A stretch of 64,000 nucleotides of DNA from Anaerolineae bacterium. GTDB taxonomy: Bacteria > Chloroflexota > Anaerolineae > S140-20. Below are positions 19,838 through 29,491 of the stretch, one piece after another; position 1 is the stretch's first letter; each line of letters opens with the position of its first letter. Made by a program: the position numbers and the translations under genes. The notes beneath the pieces are model-generated. The model did not search any database, was not told the origin of the DNA, and saw only the letters and a program-made list of their open reading frames with translations. Location of the stretch: the NCBI GenBank assembly GCA_027021705.1, contig JALUTT010000048.1:83654-147653 (forward strand), written 5' to 3'.

Positions 19838-21160
19838 ATGAAACGAGTCCGGCTTGCTCTCATCACGCTGGTCCTGGCGGCTTTGCTGGTCACTGCCTGC
19901 GGTGGTGGGGCTGCTGCGCCCACCAAGGCTCCGGAGCCGACCAAGCCTGCGGCCGAGCAGCCCACCAAGGCCCCTGCCGCCGAGACCAAGACCATCGTCC
20001 TGGGCTTCACCGCCTCCCAGACGGGCAAGTACACGAAGGAGTCTAAGGAGCAGGTTCAGGGCTTGCAGCTCTGGCTAGAGGAGGTGAATGCCGCCGGAGG
20101 CATCGAGCTGCCCGATGGGACGAAGGTCAAGATCGAGATCGTCTCCTACGATGACGAGAGCACCAAGGAGCGCGTGCAGCAGCTTTACACCAAGCTCATC
20201 ACCGAGGACAAGGCCGATCTCCTCATCAGCCCCTACTCCAGTGGCCTGACCGATGCTTCGGCCGTCATCGCGGAGCAGTACGAGAAGATCATGATCACCA
20301 CGGGCGCTGCCTCCGACGCCACCTACGAGAAGGGGTATCAGCACATCTTCCAGGTCTACACACCGGCCAGCCGCTACCTGACCGGTGCGCTGGATGCCCT
20401 CAAGAAGTGGGACCCTAACGCCAAGAAGGTGGCCATTGTCTACGAGAAGACGAAGTTCGCCACCGCCGTGGCGACGGCGGCCAAGGAGTATGCGGAGGCC
20501 CAGGGCTTCGAGGTCGTTCTCTTCGAGGGCTACGAGAAGGACACGACGGACTTCGGCCCTTTCATCAACAAGATTGAGGCGGCCAAGCCCGACGCCATCA
20601 TCGGCGGTGGTCACTTCCAGGATGGCTCCACCTTCGCCAAGCAGCTCTATGAGAAGAAGACCGCCGTCAAGATGGTCGCGGTGCTGGTGGCTCCCGCCGT
20701 GCCAGAGTTCGCCGACCTGGGCGACGCGGCGGTGGGCATCGTCGGTCCCAGCCAGTGGGAGTCCCTGGCCAAGTACTCGCCGGAGGCGGCCAAGGCGGCC
20801 GGCCTGGAGTGGTATGGCCCCACCATTGACGACTTCGTCAGCGCCTACAAGGGCAAGTACGGCTATGAGCCCGGCTACCACGCCGCTGGTGGCTACGCGG
20901 CCGGCCTGGTGCTCCAGAAGGCCATCGAGGACGCCGGCTCCCTCGACACGGCCGCCATCAAGAGCGCCCTGGAGAAGATGGACGTGATGATCTTCTTCGG
21001 CCGCATCAAGTTCGACACCGGGGATGCCCACGGCAAGCAGTTGGGCCACGACATGGTCTACCTCCAGTGGCAGAAGGACGCTAGCGGCAACCTGGTGCGC
21101 CAGATCGTCTGGCCGGAGGCGGCCAAGACCGCTGAACCCATCTATCCGTTGGAGCGCTAA
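19838..21160 (+). CDS. livK: Branched-chain amino acid-type ABC transporter substrate-binding lipoprotein
   Basis: Lipobox LVTAC, YDDES, SPYSSG, periplasmic-binding type I pattern; heads the liv operon. Confidence 0.9.
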   Translation: MKRVRLALITLVLAALLVTACGGGAAAPTKAPEPTKPAAEQPTKAPAAETKTIVLGFTASQTGKYTKESKEQVQGLQLWLEEVNAAGGIELPDGTKVKIEIVSYDDESTKERVQQLYTKLITEDKADLLISPYSSGLTDASAVIAEQYEKIMITTGAASDATYEKGYQHIFQVYTPASRYLTGALDALKKWDPNAKKVAIVYEKTKFATAVATAAKEYAEAQGFEVVLFEGYEKDTTDFGPFINKIEAAKPDAIIGGGHFQDGSTFAKQLYEKKTAVKMVAVLVAPAVPEFADLGDAAVGIVGPSQWESLAKYSPEAAKAAGLEWYGPTIDDFVSAYKGKYGYEPGYHAAGGYAAGLVLQKAIEDAGSLDTAAIKSALEKMDVMIFFGRIKFDTGDAHGKQLGHDMVYLQWQKDASGNLVRQIVWPEAAKTAEPIYPLER

Positions 21161-21171
21161 CCCAACCCCAA

Positions 21172-21205
21172 GGGCGGACCCCGACCGGTGTGCCGGGGTC
21201 CGCCC
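21172..21205. terminator. GC-rich hairpin between the SBP and permease genes
   Basis: GGGCGGACCCC..GGGGTCCGCCC stem. Confidence 0.55.
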
Positions 21206-21293
21206 CTATCCCTTTGGTCTCTCGAAAAGACGGAGTCCCTGACCGCTTCCGTGAGTTCCCACAACGCTTTCCGCTCCCACTGAGGAGGTTCCT

Positions 21294-22157
21294 ATGCCCC
21301 CACCGGACGTGATCCTCGCCTCGGTTCTCGACGGTCTGCTGCTTGGCTTCGTCTACGGGCTGGCGGCGATGGGGCTCACCCTCATCTGGGGGGTGATGGA
21401 GGTGATCAACCTGGCCCACGGGCCGGTGATCACGCTGGGGATGTTTGGCCTCTTCTTCCTCTTCCAGGAGCTAGGGCTGCATCCTTACCTGGCCCTGCCG
21501 TTGGTCGTGGTGGGCGGCCTGTTGCTGGGGCTGCTCATCTACGGCGTCGCCGTTCATCGGGTCTTGGACGCCCCCCATCTCTCCACGCTGCTGGCTACCT
21601 TCTCCGTCAATATGATGATCATCGGGCTGGGTACGGCGGCCTTCACGACGACGCCCCGCAACGTGGACTTCAGCCTGGGCGCAGTGGAGATCGGCCCCTT
21701 GCGGCTGCTGGGGACGCGGGTGGTGGCAGCTCTGGCTGCTGTTCTCTTCACCCTTGCCCTCTACGCCTTCCTCTACCGCACCCGGACTGGGAAGATGGTG
21801 CGGGCCGTGGCCAACAACCGGGCGGCGGCTGAGCTGATGGGCATTCCCTCTACCCGCATCCTTGCCCTGAGCTTCGGCATCGGCACGCTGCTGGCGACCG
21901 GAGCCGGGGGGCTCATCGCTACTCTCTTCCCTTTCAACATCTTCACCGGTGGCGTCTACGAACTGAAGAGCTTCGTCATCTGTGTCCTGGGCGGGCTGGG
22001 GAATCCCACCGGAGCCCTGTTGGGCGGCATCATCCTGGGCTTTATCGAGGGGTTCATCCCCCCCTTCCTGCCCGTCGGCTGGACGCCGGTGATCGAATTC
22101 GTCCTCTTCGTCGTCATCCTGCTGATCCGTCCCAGTGGCCTTCTAGGAGCACGCTGA
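21294..22157 (+). CDS. livH: Branched-chain amino acid ABC permease
   Basis: GLTLIWGVMEVINLAHG, GKMVRAVA, LGGLG. Confidence 0.92.
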   Translation: MPPPDVILASVLDGLLLGFVYGLAAMGLTLIWGVMEVINLAHGPVITLGMFGLFFLFQELGLHPYLALPLVVVGGLLLGLLIYGVAVHRVLDAPHLSTLLATFSVNMMIIGLGTAAFTTTPRNVDFSLGAVEIGPLRLLGTRVVAALAAVLFTLALYAFLYRTRTGKMVRAVANNRAAAELMGIPSTRILALSFGIGTLLATGAGGLIATLFPFNIFTGGVYELKSFVICVLGGLGNPTGALLGGIILGFIEGFIPPFLPVGWTPVIEFVLFVVILLIRPSGLLGAR

Positions 22158-22158
22158 G

Positions 22159-23127
22159 ATGAAGCGATTGAAGGCACCTGCCCTCTGGATTATTCTGGCT
22201 GCCGTCGCCGTGGCGGGCATCTGGCCGCTCCTCAACCGCTCGGCGACGCTGCGCGAGGACATGTTCCTCATCCTGATGTTCGTCACCCTGGCCTCCAGCC
22301 TCAACATCCTGCTGGGCTACACCGGCTACGTCAACTTCGGCCACATCGTCTTCTTCGGACTGGGGGGCTACATCGGTTTCTACCTCATCTCCCAGCAAGG
22401 GTGGCACCTGATCCCAGCGGCGTTGGCCGCGGCTCTGGTCACGACGTTGCTGGCCGCGCTGGTGGGCGGGGCGGTGTTACGGCTGCGGGGTGCCTACTTC
22501 GCACTAGCCACCCTTGGAATCAACGAAGCCACCCGTGCTTTCGTCACCAACTTCAAGCCCTTTGGCGAGGCCACCGGTCTTTCGCTCCACTTCTCCCGCT
22601 ACCAGGAGTACGGGGGGCCGGCCAGTGCTCTCTGGTTCACCTACGCCCTGCTGGTCATCGTCACCCTCGTCACCCTGCTGGTCAGCTATCTGGTGAAAAC
22701 CTCAAAGTTTGGCCTGGGGCTGATGGCCATCCGGGAGGACGAGGATGCGGCGATGGTCCTGGGCATCCACGCTCCTAGGGCGAAGACCATCGCCTTCGCG
22801 CTCTCGGCCTTCTTCCCCGCCATCGTCGGGACTCTCTTCTTCTTCAAGAACGGCAACATCGAGCCGGGCGACGCCTTCCGGTTGCACATGTCCATCGAGG
22901 GGATCGTGATGATTATGCTAGGCGGCTTCGGCACGGTGACCGGCCCGGTGATCGGCTCGGCCGTCTACGAACGGCTACGGGGCTACTTGCTGACCACCCC
23001 CCTCTTCAAGGACCTGCAACTCTTCTTCGCCGGGATGCTGCTTCTGATCATCATCCTCTTCGTCCCCAGCGGGTTCATCGGGTGGCTGCGGGAGCGCTCC
23101 GCCCGCCTGCGGGAGGTGCTGCAATGA
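22159..23127 (+). CDS. livM: Branched-chain amino acid ABC permease
   Basis: NILLGYTGYVNFGH, LRLRGAYFA, AIREDEDAA. Confidence 0.92.
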   Translation: MKRLKAPALWIILAAVAVAGIWPLLNRSATLREDMFLILMFVTLASSLNILLGYTGYVNFGHIVFFGLGGYIGFYLISQQGWHLIPAALAAALVTTLLAALVGGAVLRLRGAYFALATLGINEATRAFVTNFKPFGEATGLSLHFSRYQEYGGPASALWFTYALLVIVTLVTLLVSYLVKTSKFGLGLMAIREDEDAAMVLGIHAPRAKTIAFALSAFFPAIVGTLFFFKNGNIEPGDAFRLHMSIEGIVMIMLGGFGTVTGPVIGSAVYERLRGYLLTTPLFKDLQLFFAGMLLLIIILFVPSGFIGWLRERSARLREVLQ

Positions 23128-23918
23128 CCGACCAAGTGATCCTGCAGATCGAAGAGGTGACCAAGCGCTTCGGCGGGCTGGTGGCCGTCAACCAGGTCTC
23201 TTTCGAGATCCGGCAAGGAGAGATTCTGGGACTGATCGGCCCCAACGGGGCTGGGAAGACAACCCTCTTCAACGTTATCAACGGCGTCTATGCGCCTGAC
23301 GAGGGGCGGGTCATCTTCCGAGGTGAGGTGATCAGCGGCCTGCCCTCCTACGAGGTGGCGCGGAAGGGGATCGCCCGGGCCCACCAGGTAGTGCGTCCCC
23401 TCAACGAGCTGACGGTCCTGGAGAACGTGGTGGTCGGAGCGGCCTACGGACGGCGCAACCTCCCGCTGGGTGAGGCGGCCCGGGTGGCCGACGAGGTGCT
23501 GGAATTCGTGGGGCTGGCCCCTAAGCGCCATCTGTTGGCCGGCAAGCTGAACGTAGCAGAGAAGAAGCGGTTGGAGATGGCCCGGGCCCTGGCCGCCCAG
23601 CCTTACCTGATCTTGCTGGACGAGGTGCTGGCCGGCCTGAACCCTGGGGAGGTCGCCGCAATGCTCGACGTCGTGCGCCAGATCCGCGAACGGGGGATCA
23701 CCATCCTGATGATCGAGCACCTGATGCACGCGGTGATGAATGTCTCCGACCGCATCGTCGTCCTCGACTACGGGAGCAAGATCGCTATGGGCACGCCTCA
23801 AGAGGTAGCCAACGATCCCAAGGTCATCGAAGCTTACCTGGGCGATCCCAAGATGGCTCAGCACCTGCTAGAGGAGCAGGGAGAAAACGAGGAGGGAGGC
23901 GCTGATGGTCATTCTTGA
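23124..23918 (+). CDS. livG: Branched-chain amino acid ABC ATPase
   Basis: FGGLVAV, GPNGAGKTT, LLDEVLAG, EAYLG; ATGA overlap with livM. Confidence 0.93.
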   Translation: MTDQVILQIEEVTKRFGGLVAVNQVSFEIRQGEILGLIGPNGAGKTTLFNVINGVYAPDEGRVIFRGEVISGLPSYEVARKGIARAHQVVRPLNELTVLENVVVGAAYGRRNLPLGEAARVADEVLEFVGLAPKRHLLAGKLNVAEKKRLEMARALAAQPYLILLDEVLAGLNPGEVAAMLDVVRQIRERGITILMIEHLMHAVMNVSDRIVVLDYGSKIAMGTPQEVANDPKVIEAYLGDPKMAQHLLEEQGENEEGGADGHS

Positions 23919-24615
23919 GGTCGAGAACCTGGCTTCCGGCTATGGGGAAGTGCAGATCCTGTGGGGGGTCTCCCTGCAGCTGCAGCCGGGACAGCTCACC
24001 ACGCTGGTAGGCTCCAACGGTGCGGGGAAGACGACGCTGCTGCGGACGGTGATGCGCCTGATCAGGCCCTGGGGGGGGCGGGTCCTCTTCGACGGGCGAG
24101 ATGTCACCAACCTGCCTCCCCACGCTAAGGCGGAGATGGGGCTGGTCCTGATCCCGGAGGGCCGGCAGCTCTTCACCGAGATGACGGTGGAAGAGAACTT
24201 GGAGATGGGGGCGATCCCCTCGCGGGCCCGGATTCACTTTCAGCGTAACCTGGAGTGGGTCTACGAACTCTTCCCTCGCCTCAAGGAGCGGCGGACCCAG
24301 AAGGCCGGTACCCTCTCCGGCGGTGAGCAGCAGATGCTGGCCATCGCCCGAGGACTTATGGCCGACCCGGTGGTGCTGATGCTCGACGAACCCTCCTTGG
24401 GATTGGCCCCTCTCCTGGTGATCAACCTCTTTGACGTGATCCGTCGCCTTAAGGAGGAAGGGCTGACGATGCTCCTGGTAGAGCAGAACGTCCACCTGGC
24501 GCTGGCGATAAGCGACTATGCCTACGTTCTCAGCGAGGGCCGGATCGAGATCGAGGGGGAGGCAGCCACGGTGCGCCAGATGGACCAGGTACGCCGGGCC
24601 TACCTGGGTCTGTGA
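23905..24615 (+). CDS. livF: Branched-chain amino acid ABC ATPase
   Basis: GSNGAGKTT, LSGGEQQMLAI, LDEPSLGL, VEQN. Confidence 0.95.
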   Translation: MVILEVENLASGYGEVQILWGVSLQLQPGQLTTLVGSNGAGKTTLLRTVMRLIRPWGGRVLFDGRDVTNLPPHAKAEMGLVLIPEGRQLFTEMTVEENLEMGAIPSRARIHFQRNLEWVYELFPRLKERRTQKAGTLSGGEQQMLAIARGLMADPVVLMLDEPSLGLAPLLVINLFDVIRRLKEEGLTMLLVEQNVHLALAISDYAYVLSEGRIEIEGEAATVRQMDQVRRAYLGL

Positions 24616-24630
24616 GGCTCTACCTGAGGG

Positions 24631-24783
24631 CAGGGCTTTTCAGCGCTCTAACCCTTTGGGGGAACCCTCCCGCAGGTCCTCCCCACGGTCTGAAGTGCGT
24701 CATGGGCCGCCTCTGGCAAGCTATGGCGATGCCGGGCACCGCGGGACCTGCGGGAGGGTAACGTTTGACATTGAAAAGCCCTA
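24631..24783. mobile_element. MITE family B (CAGGG-type ends, 9-bp TSD) containing a 96-bp inner inverted-repeat unit
   Basis: TIR CAGGGCTTTTCA / TGAAAAGCCCTA; TSD ACCTGAGGG at 24622-24630 and 24784-24792; inner arms 24664-24679 and 24744-24759. Confidence 0.8.
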
Positions 24784-24839
24784 ACCTGAGGGATAGGAGG
24801 GTTGCAGATCAGCGTGGGCGACCGCTCGGTCGTCCACGT

Positions 24840-25526
24840 TTATGCTTCAAACTGGTAGCCGATCCCCTGCTCTGTCCAGATGTGGCGGTGGGACTCGTCT
24901 TCCTCCAGCTTGCGACGCAGCCGGCCGATGTAGACCCGCAAGTACTCAATCGCATCTTCGTACTCCGGCCCCCATACCTCCCGCAGCAGCCAGCGGTGGG
25001 GCAGCACCCGGCCCGGATGGCGCACCAGGGCCAGCAGCAGGTTGAACTCCGTTGGCGTCAGGTCCAGCCGCTCCCCCCGGTGGAAGGCCAGGTGCTGCTC
25101 TGGGTCTACCTCCACGTCACCCACCCGAATGGTCCCCATCCCCGGCGGGCTCTCCACCCACCGCGTCCGTCGCAGGACGGCGCGCACCCGGGCGATCAGT
25201 TCCCCCACGCTGAAAGGCTTGGTCAGGTAGTCATCGGCCCCCTGTTCCAAGACCGTGATCTTGTCCCCTTCTTCATCCAGTGCCGTGAGCACGATGATGG
25301 GGATGGTGGAGCGGCGGCGCACACGCCGTAGTACCTCGAAACCATCCATCCGGGGCATCAGCAGGTCCAGGACGATGAGATCGAGGGGCTCCGTCTCGAA
25401 GAGCCGGAGAGCCTCCAGACCATCGGCGGCCTCCAGGACCCGATAGCCCCGGGCGACCAGGTTGCGGCGCATAAAGTGGCGCAGCGTCTGCTCATCGTCC
25501 ACGACCAGCACCGTCGCTTGTTGCAT
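24840..25526 (-). CDS. OmpR/KdpE-like response regulator (no adjacent kinase)
   Basis: VLVVDDE, LDLLMP, GADDYLTKPF, LTPTEF, LRVYIGRLRRKLE, GIGY. Confidence 0.92.
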   Translation of the reverse strand: MQQATVLVVDDEQTLRHFMRRNLVARGYRVLEAADGLEALRLFETEPLDLIVLDLLMPRMDGFEVLRRVRRRSTIPIIVLTALDEEGDKITVLEQGADDYLTKPFSVGELIARVRAVLRRTRWVESPPGMGTIRVGDVEVDPEQHLAFHRGERLDLTPTEFNLLLALVRHPGRVLPHRWLLREVWGPEYEDAIEYLRVYIGRLRRKLEEDESHRHIWTEQGIGYQFEA

Positions 25527-25532
25527 CGCCTT

Positions 25533-25561
25533 TTGTCCTCCCGGTAGAGCTATGCTATAAT
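25533..25561 (+). promoter_or_regulatory. Sigma70 promoter upstream of ssnA
   Basis: TTGTCC, N17 (ending TGc), TATAAT. Confidence 0.7.
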
Positions 25562-25570
25562 CCAGGGGCT

Positions 25571-25664
25571 CTCCCGCAGGTCCTCCCCACGGCCTGAAGC
25601 GCGTCATAGGCAGCCTCTGATAAGCTATGGCCGTCGCCGGGCACCGCGGGACCTGCGGGAGGGT
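25571..25664. repeat. Second copy of the family B inner unit (REPIN-like), without recognisable outer TIRs
   Basis: CTCCCGCAGGTCCTCCCCACGG..GGCACCGCGGGACCTGCGGGAGGGT, similar to 24664-24759. Confidence 0.85.
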
Positions 25665-25837
25665 TGGGGCCTATAGGATACCCCATTCATCCCGTCTTGT
25701 CCAGTTCGCCCTTGGCCGCTGGGTCACGGGTCCGGCGGGGAGGGGTCTCGCTGGTGGGGGGCGAGCCTGGGACCCGCCTGGCCTATGAGGCCGGTTCGCC
25801 CCCGGTTGCCAGGACAGCATATCACGGAGGGGAGACG

Positions 25838-27184
25838 ATGCTTATCACCCACGGCAGGCTGATCACCTTTGGGGAGACGAACGAGATCATCGAGGACGGC
25901 GCTCTCTACATCGAGGGAGACCGGATCGCCGACATTGGCCCTACGCGGGCGTTGAAAGCCCGCTATCCCGAGGCCGAGGAGCTGAACGCCGACGGTCAGT
26001 TGGTGATGCCCGGCCTTATCTGTGCCCACACCCATTTCTACGGGGCCTTCGCCCGGGGGATGGCCCTTGTTGGCGAGCCTCCTCGCACCTTCCCGGAGAT
26101 CCTGGGCCGGCTCTGGTGGCCTCTGGACCGCTCGTTGCGGGACCTGGATGTCCGCTACAGCACCCTCGTCTGCTTGGCCGACGCCATTCGCCACGGCACG
26201 ACGACGTTGATAGACCACCACGCCAGCCCCTACGCCGTCCACGGGGCGTTGGATCAGATCGCCGACGCCGTGGAGGAGGCCGGGGTGCGGGCTTGCCTCT
26301 GCTACGAGGTGAGCGACCGGGATGGGCCGGATCGGGCCCAGGAGGGCATTGACGAGAACGTCCGCTTCATCCGGCGGGTGCAGCAGGGGGAGGCGTCGCC
26401 GCTGCTGGCGGCCACCTTTGGGCTGCACGCTTCCCTCACCCTCTCCGACGAGACGCTGGCCGAGTGCGCAGCGGCCGGCGCCGAGTTGGGCGTCGGCTTC
26501 CACATCCACGTGGCCGAGGACCTAGCCGACCAGGAGGACAGCCTGCGCAAGAGCGGCAAACGGGTTGTCGAGCGCCTCCAGGCGGCGGGCATCCTGGGGC
26601 CTCAGACCGTCGCCGCCCACGCCGTCCACGTGGACGCATGGGAGATGGCGATCCTGCGGGAGACGGGCACCTGGGTCAGCCACCAGCCCCGCTCCAATAT
26701 GAACAACGGGGTGGGGGTGGCCGACGTGCCCACGATGCTGCGCGGTGGGGTTCGCGTCGTGCTGGGCAACGATGGCTTCTCCAACAATATGTTCACGGAG
26801 ATGAAGACGGCCTACCTGGTGCACAAGCTGCACCGGCGTGACCCCCGGGTGATGCCGGCCGATCAGGTGCTGGAGGTGGCGGTGGCGAACAACGCCCGGT
26901 TGGCCCGGCTCTTCTGGCCGGCTGCCCCTCTGGGAGAGCTCTCCGTTGGGGCCTACGCCGACGTCATCTTCGTGGACTACCATCCTTACACGCCCCTGAC
27001 GCCGGGAAACCTTCCCTGGCACATCATCTTCGGCGTGGATGGCTCCCACGTGACGACGACCATCGTCGGAGGACAGGTGTTGATGCGGGATCGGGAGCTG
27101 TTGACCCTGGACGAGGCGGCCATCGCTGCCCGGGCGCGGGAACTGGCCCCGGCAGTCTGGGAGCGGTATCGGCAGCAGTTCTGA
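25838..27184 (+). CDS. ssnA: Putative aminohydrolase SsnA (amidohydrolase superfamily)
   Basis: PGLICAHTHFY, DHHAS, GLHAS, HIHVAE, PRSNMNNGVG, GNDG. Confidence 0.88.
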   Translation: MLITHGRLITFGETNEIIEDGALYIEGDRIADIGPTRALKARYPEAEELNADGQLVMPGLICAHTHFYGAFARGMALVGEPPRTFPEILGRLWWPLDRSLRDLDVRYSTLVCLADAIRHGTTTLIDHHASPYAVHGALDQIADAVEEAGVRACLCYEVSDRDGPDRAQEGIDENVRFIRRVQQGEASPLLAATFGLHASLTLSDETLAECAAAGAELGVGFHIHVAEDLADQEDSLRKSGKRVVERLQAAGILGPQTVAAHAVHVDAWEMAILRETGTWVSHQPRSNMNNGVGVADVPTMLRGGVRVVLGNDGFSNNMFTEMKTAYLVHKLHRRDPRVMPADQVLEVAVANNARLARLFWPAAPLGELSVGAYADVIFVDYHPYTPLTPGNLPWHIIFGVDGSHVTTTIVGGQVLMRDRELLTLDEAAIAARARELAPAVWERYRQQF

Positions 27185-27219
27185 CGGCTAGGTGGGCCGG
27201 CCTAGGAGGATTGGCCCGT

Positions 27220-27248
27220 TTGTCCCAGGCTCCCTTGTGAGGTATAAT
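27220..27248 (+). promoter_or_regulatory. Sigma70 promoter
   Basis: TTGTCC, N17, TATAAT upstream of the 27319 gene. Confidence 0.7.
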
Positions 27249-27318
27249 CCGGGAACGGAAAGGTCGCCGCTCTGAGAAAGGGGGCGGCAACGCTCGTAGC
27301 GCGATTGAGGAGTTACCA

Positions 27319-28635
27319 ATGCCTCTGGAAACCATCCCTCTACCGCCTTCGTTGAAGGAGCGTCTAGGGGAAGAGGTCGCTCAGGAGTTGGCTCAATGGC
27401 TGACCGCGATGTGGGAGGCGCAGAGTGAGCGGCGGTGGCGCTCCTTGGAGGAAGGCCAGGATCAGTTGAAAGCTGCCTTGGTCGCTCTCGCAGAGGCTCA
27501 GCGCCGGACCGAAGCCGGATTACAGCGATTAGAGGTGGCTGTTGAGCAGCTGGCGGAGGCGCAGCACCGGACGGAAGGGCGGCTGGACCGGCTGGGGCAG
27601 GTTGTTGCTGAGCTGGCGGAGGCCCAACGCCGGACCGAGGCGCGGCTGGAGGAGCTGGCCAAAGCCCAGCAGCGGACGGAAGCGCGGCTGGACCGGCTGG
27701 AGCAGGTAGTCGCTGAGCTGGCCGAGGCCCAACGCCGGACGGAAGGGCGGCTGGACCGGCTGGAGCAGGTAGTCGCTGAGTTGGCAGAGGCCCAGCGCCG
27801 GACCGAGGCGCGGTTGGAGGAGCTGGCCAAAGCCCAGCAGCGGACGGAAGGGCGGCTGGACCGGCTGGAGCAGGTAGTCGCTGAGCTGGCCGAGGCCCAA
27901 CGCCGGACGGAAGGGCGGCTGGACCGGCTGGAGCAGGTAGTTGCTGAGTTGGCAGAGGCCCAGCGCCGGACCGAGGCGCGGCTGGAGGAGCTGGCCAAAG
28001 CCCAGCAGCGGACGGAAGCGCGGCTGGACCGGCTGGAGGACGCTCTTGAGCGGCTGGCGGAGGCTCAGCAGCGGACGGAAGAGGAGATCCAGAAGCTGGC
28101 CGGAGTCCAGAGCGATATGCAGGCCACCATAGCAGCGATCAAAGGGAGCTTGCTGGAAATGGTCTACCGCGAGCGGGCGGGAACCTATCTTGGCCCCTTC
28201 CTCCGGCGTGTCCAGGTCTTCGCTCCATACAAGCTCGAGGACGAGGTAGGGCCGCATCTCACCTGGGAGGAGTTCCGCGAGTTCCTGCGGCTCGACTGGG
28301 TGGTGAAGGGACGACCCCGGTGGGTGAAAGAAGCCCCCTGGGTCTGGTTGGCGATGGAAGTCTCCGCCGTGGTGGACCGCCACGATGTGGAGCGGGCGTT
28401 GAAGCGGGTCGCCCTCCTGCGGAAAGCCGGGCTGCTGGCGATGCCGGCCGTCGCCGGAGAGGAGGCGACGAAAGGGGCCGTGGACATGGCCGAGGACGAA
28501 GGGGTGGTCGTGGTTGTGGACGGCTGGGCTCGCTTCTGGGAAAAGGCCTGGGAGCAGGCTCAAAAGGAAGCGTCGAAGTCCGCGAAGGAGCGGGCCGACG
28601 GAGGGGATGTCGGGCCGGAAGGCGCAGACGGTTGA
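27319..28635 (+). CDS. Heptad-repeat (AEAQRRTE) coiled-coil protein with C-terminal PD-(D/E)xK-like domain
   Basis: 14- and 21-aa repeat units; C-terminal LDWVVKG..AMEVS..DVERA resembles a degenerate restriction-endonuclease fold. Confidence 0.75.
   Translation: MPLETIPLPPSLKERLGEEVAQELAQWLTAMWEAQSERRWRSLEEGQDQLKAALVALAEAQRRTEAGLQRLEVAVEQLAEAQHRTEGRLDRLGQVVAELAEAQRRTEARLEELAKAQQRTEARLDRLEQVVAELAEAQRRTEGRLDRLEQVVAELAEAQRRTEARLEELAKAQQRTEGRLDRLEQVVAELAEAQRRTEGRLDRLEQVVAELAEAQRRTEARLEELAKAQQRTEARLDRLEDALERLAEAQQRTEEEIQKLAGVQSDMQATIAAIKGSLLEMVYRERAGTYLGPFLRRVQVFAPYKLEDEVGPHLTWEEFREFLRLDWVVKGRPRWVKEAPWVWLAMEVSAVVDRHDVERALKRVALLRKAGLLAMPAVAGEEATKGAVDMAEDEGVVVVVDGWARFWEKAWEQAQKEASKSAKERADGGDVGPEGADG
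27550..28080 (+). repeat. Intragenic tandem repeats (42/63-bp units, 168-bp higher-order period)
   Basis: AEAQRRTEARLEEL, AKAQQRTExRLDRLEQVVAEL and AEAQRRTEGRLDRLEQVVAEL repeated with near-identical DNA. Confidence 0.9.
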
Positions 28636-28759
28636 GCGTCCTGGCGTGGCCGATCCCGCTTCTGGGGGATAAGAGGCTGCCCCCGGCGGTGCAAGGGCTG
28701 TCGGCACCACCGGGGGCGTTTGCTCCAGCTATTTCTCCAACGTCAACCAGGGAGGAACC

Positions 28760-29476
28760 GTGACACCGAACCGAAGCCATCCACTACAGCACTCCGACGG
28801 ACGTCGTTACACCATCGCCGTCCTGGGGGGGACGGGCAAGGAAGGGCCGGGGCTGGCCCTGCGTTGGGCAAAGGCCGGCTACCCTGTCATCGTCGGCTCC
28901 CGCCAGCAGGCGAAGGCGGAACGGGTGGCCGCTGCGCTGAACGAGCGGCTGGACACCGGCTCCCCTTCCAATGGACAGCCGGTGCGGGGGATGGTGAACG
29001 CCGAGGCCGCCCGCCAGGCCGACGTCGTGGTCCTGACGGTGCCCTACGCGGCTCACCGCCCCCTGCTGGAGAGCCTGCGCGGTCTCCTGCAGGGCAAGGT
29101 CGTCGTGGACGTCACCGTTCCCCTCCGCCCCCCTCAGGTGGACCGTGTGCACCTGCCCGAGGGGGGCAGCGCCACCGCCGAGGCTCAAGCTATCCTGGGC
29201 GACGGCGTGCGGGTGGTGGCTGCTTTCCAGAACATCAGTGCGGCTCATCTGAAGGACCCAGACCATCCCATTGACTGTGACGTGCTGGTCTGCGGGGATG
29301 ACGACGAGGCCCGGCAGATCGCCATCGCCCTGGCCGAGGCCGCAGGGATGCGCGGCCTCGACGCCGGCCCCCTCGCCAATGCCGTAGCCATCGAGAGCTT
29401 GACACCGGTGCTCATCTACATCAACAAACGGTACAAGGTCCGAGGGGCAGGCATCCGCATCACAGGAATCGGGTGA
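28760..29476 (+). CDS. npdG: NADPH-dependent F420 reductase
   Basis: IAVLGGTGKEG, IVGSR, VVAAFQNISA, AGPLANA..ESLTP..INKRYK. Confidence 0.93.
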   Translation: MTPNRSHPLQHSDGRRYTIAVLGGTGKEGPGLALRWAKAGYPVIVGSRQQAKAERVAAALNERLDTGSPSNGQPVRGMVNAEAARQADVVVLTVPYAAHRPLLESLRGLLQGKVVVDVTVPLRPPQVDRVHLPEGGSATAEAQAILGDGVRVVAAFQNISAAHLKDPDHPIDCDVLVCGDDDEARQIAIALAEAAGMRGLDAGPLANAVAIESLTPVLIYINKRYKVRGAGIRITGIG

Positions 29477-29491
29477 CAGGGCAGCCGGGCT

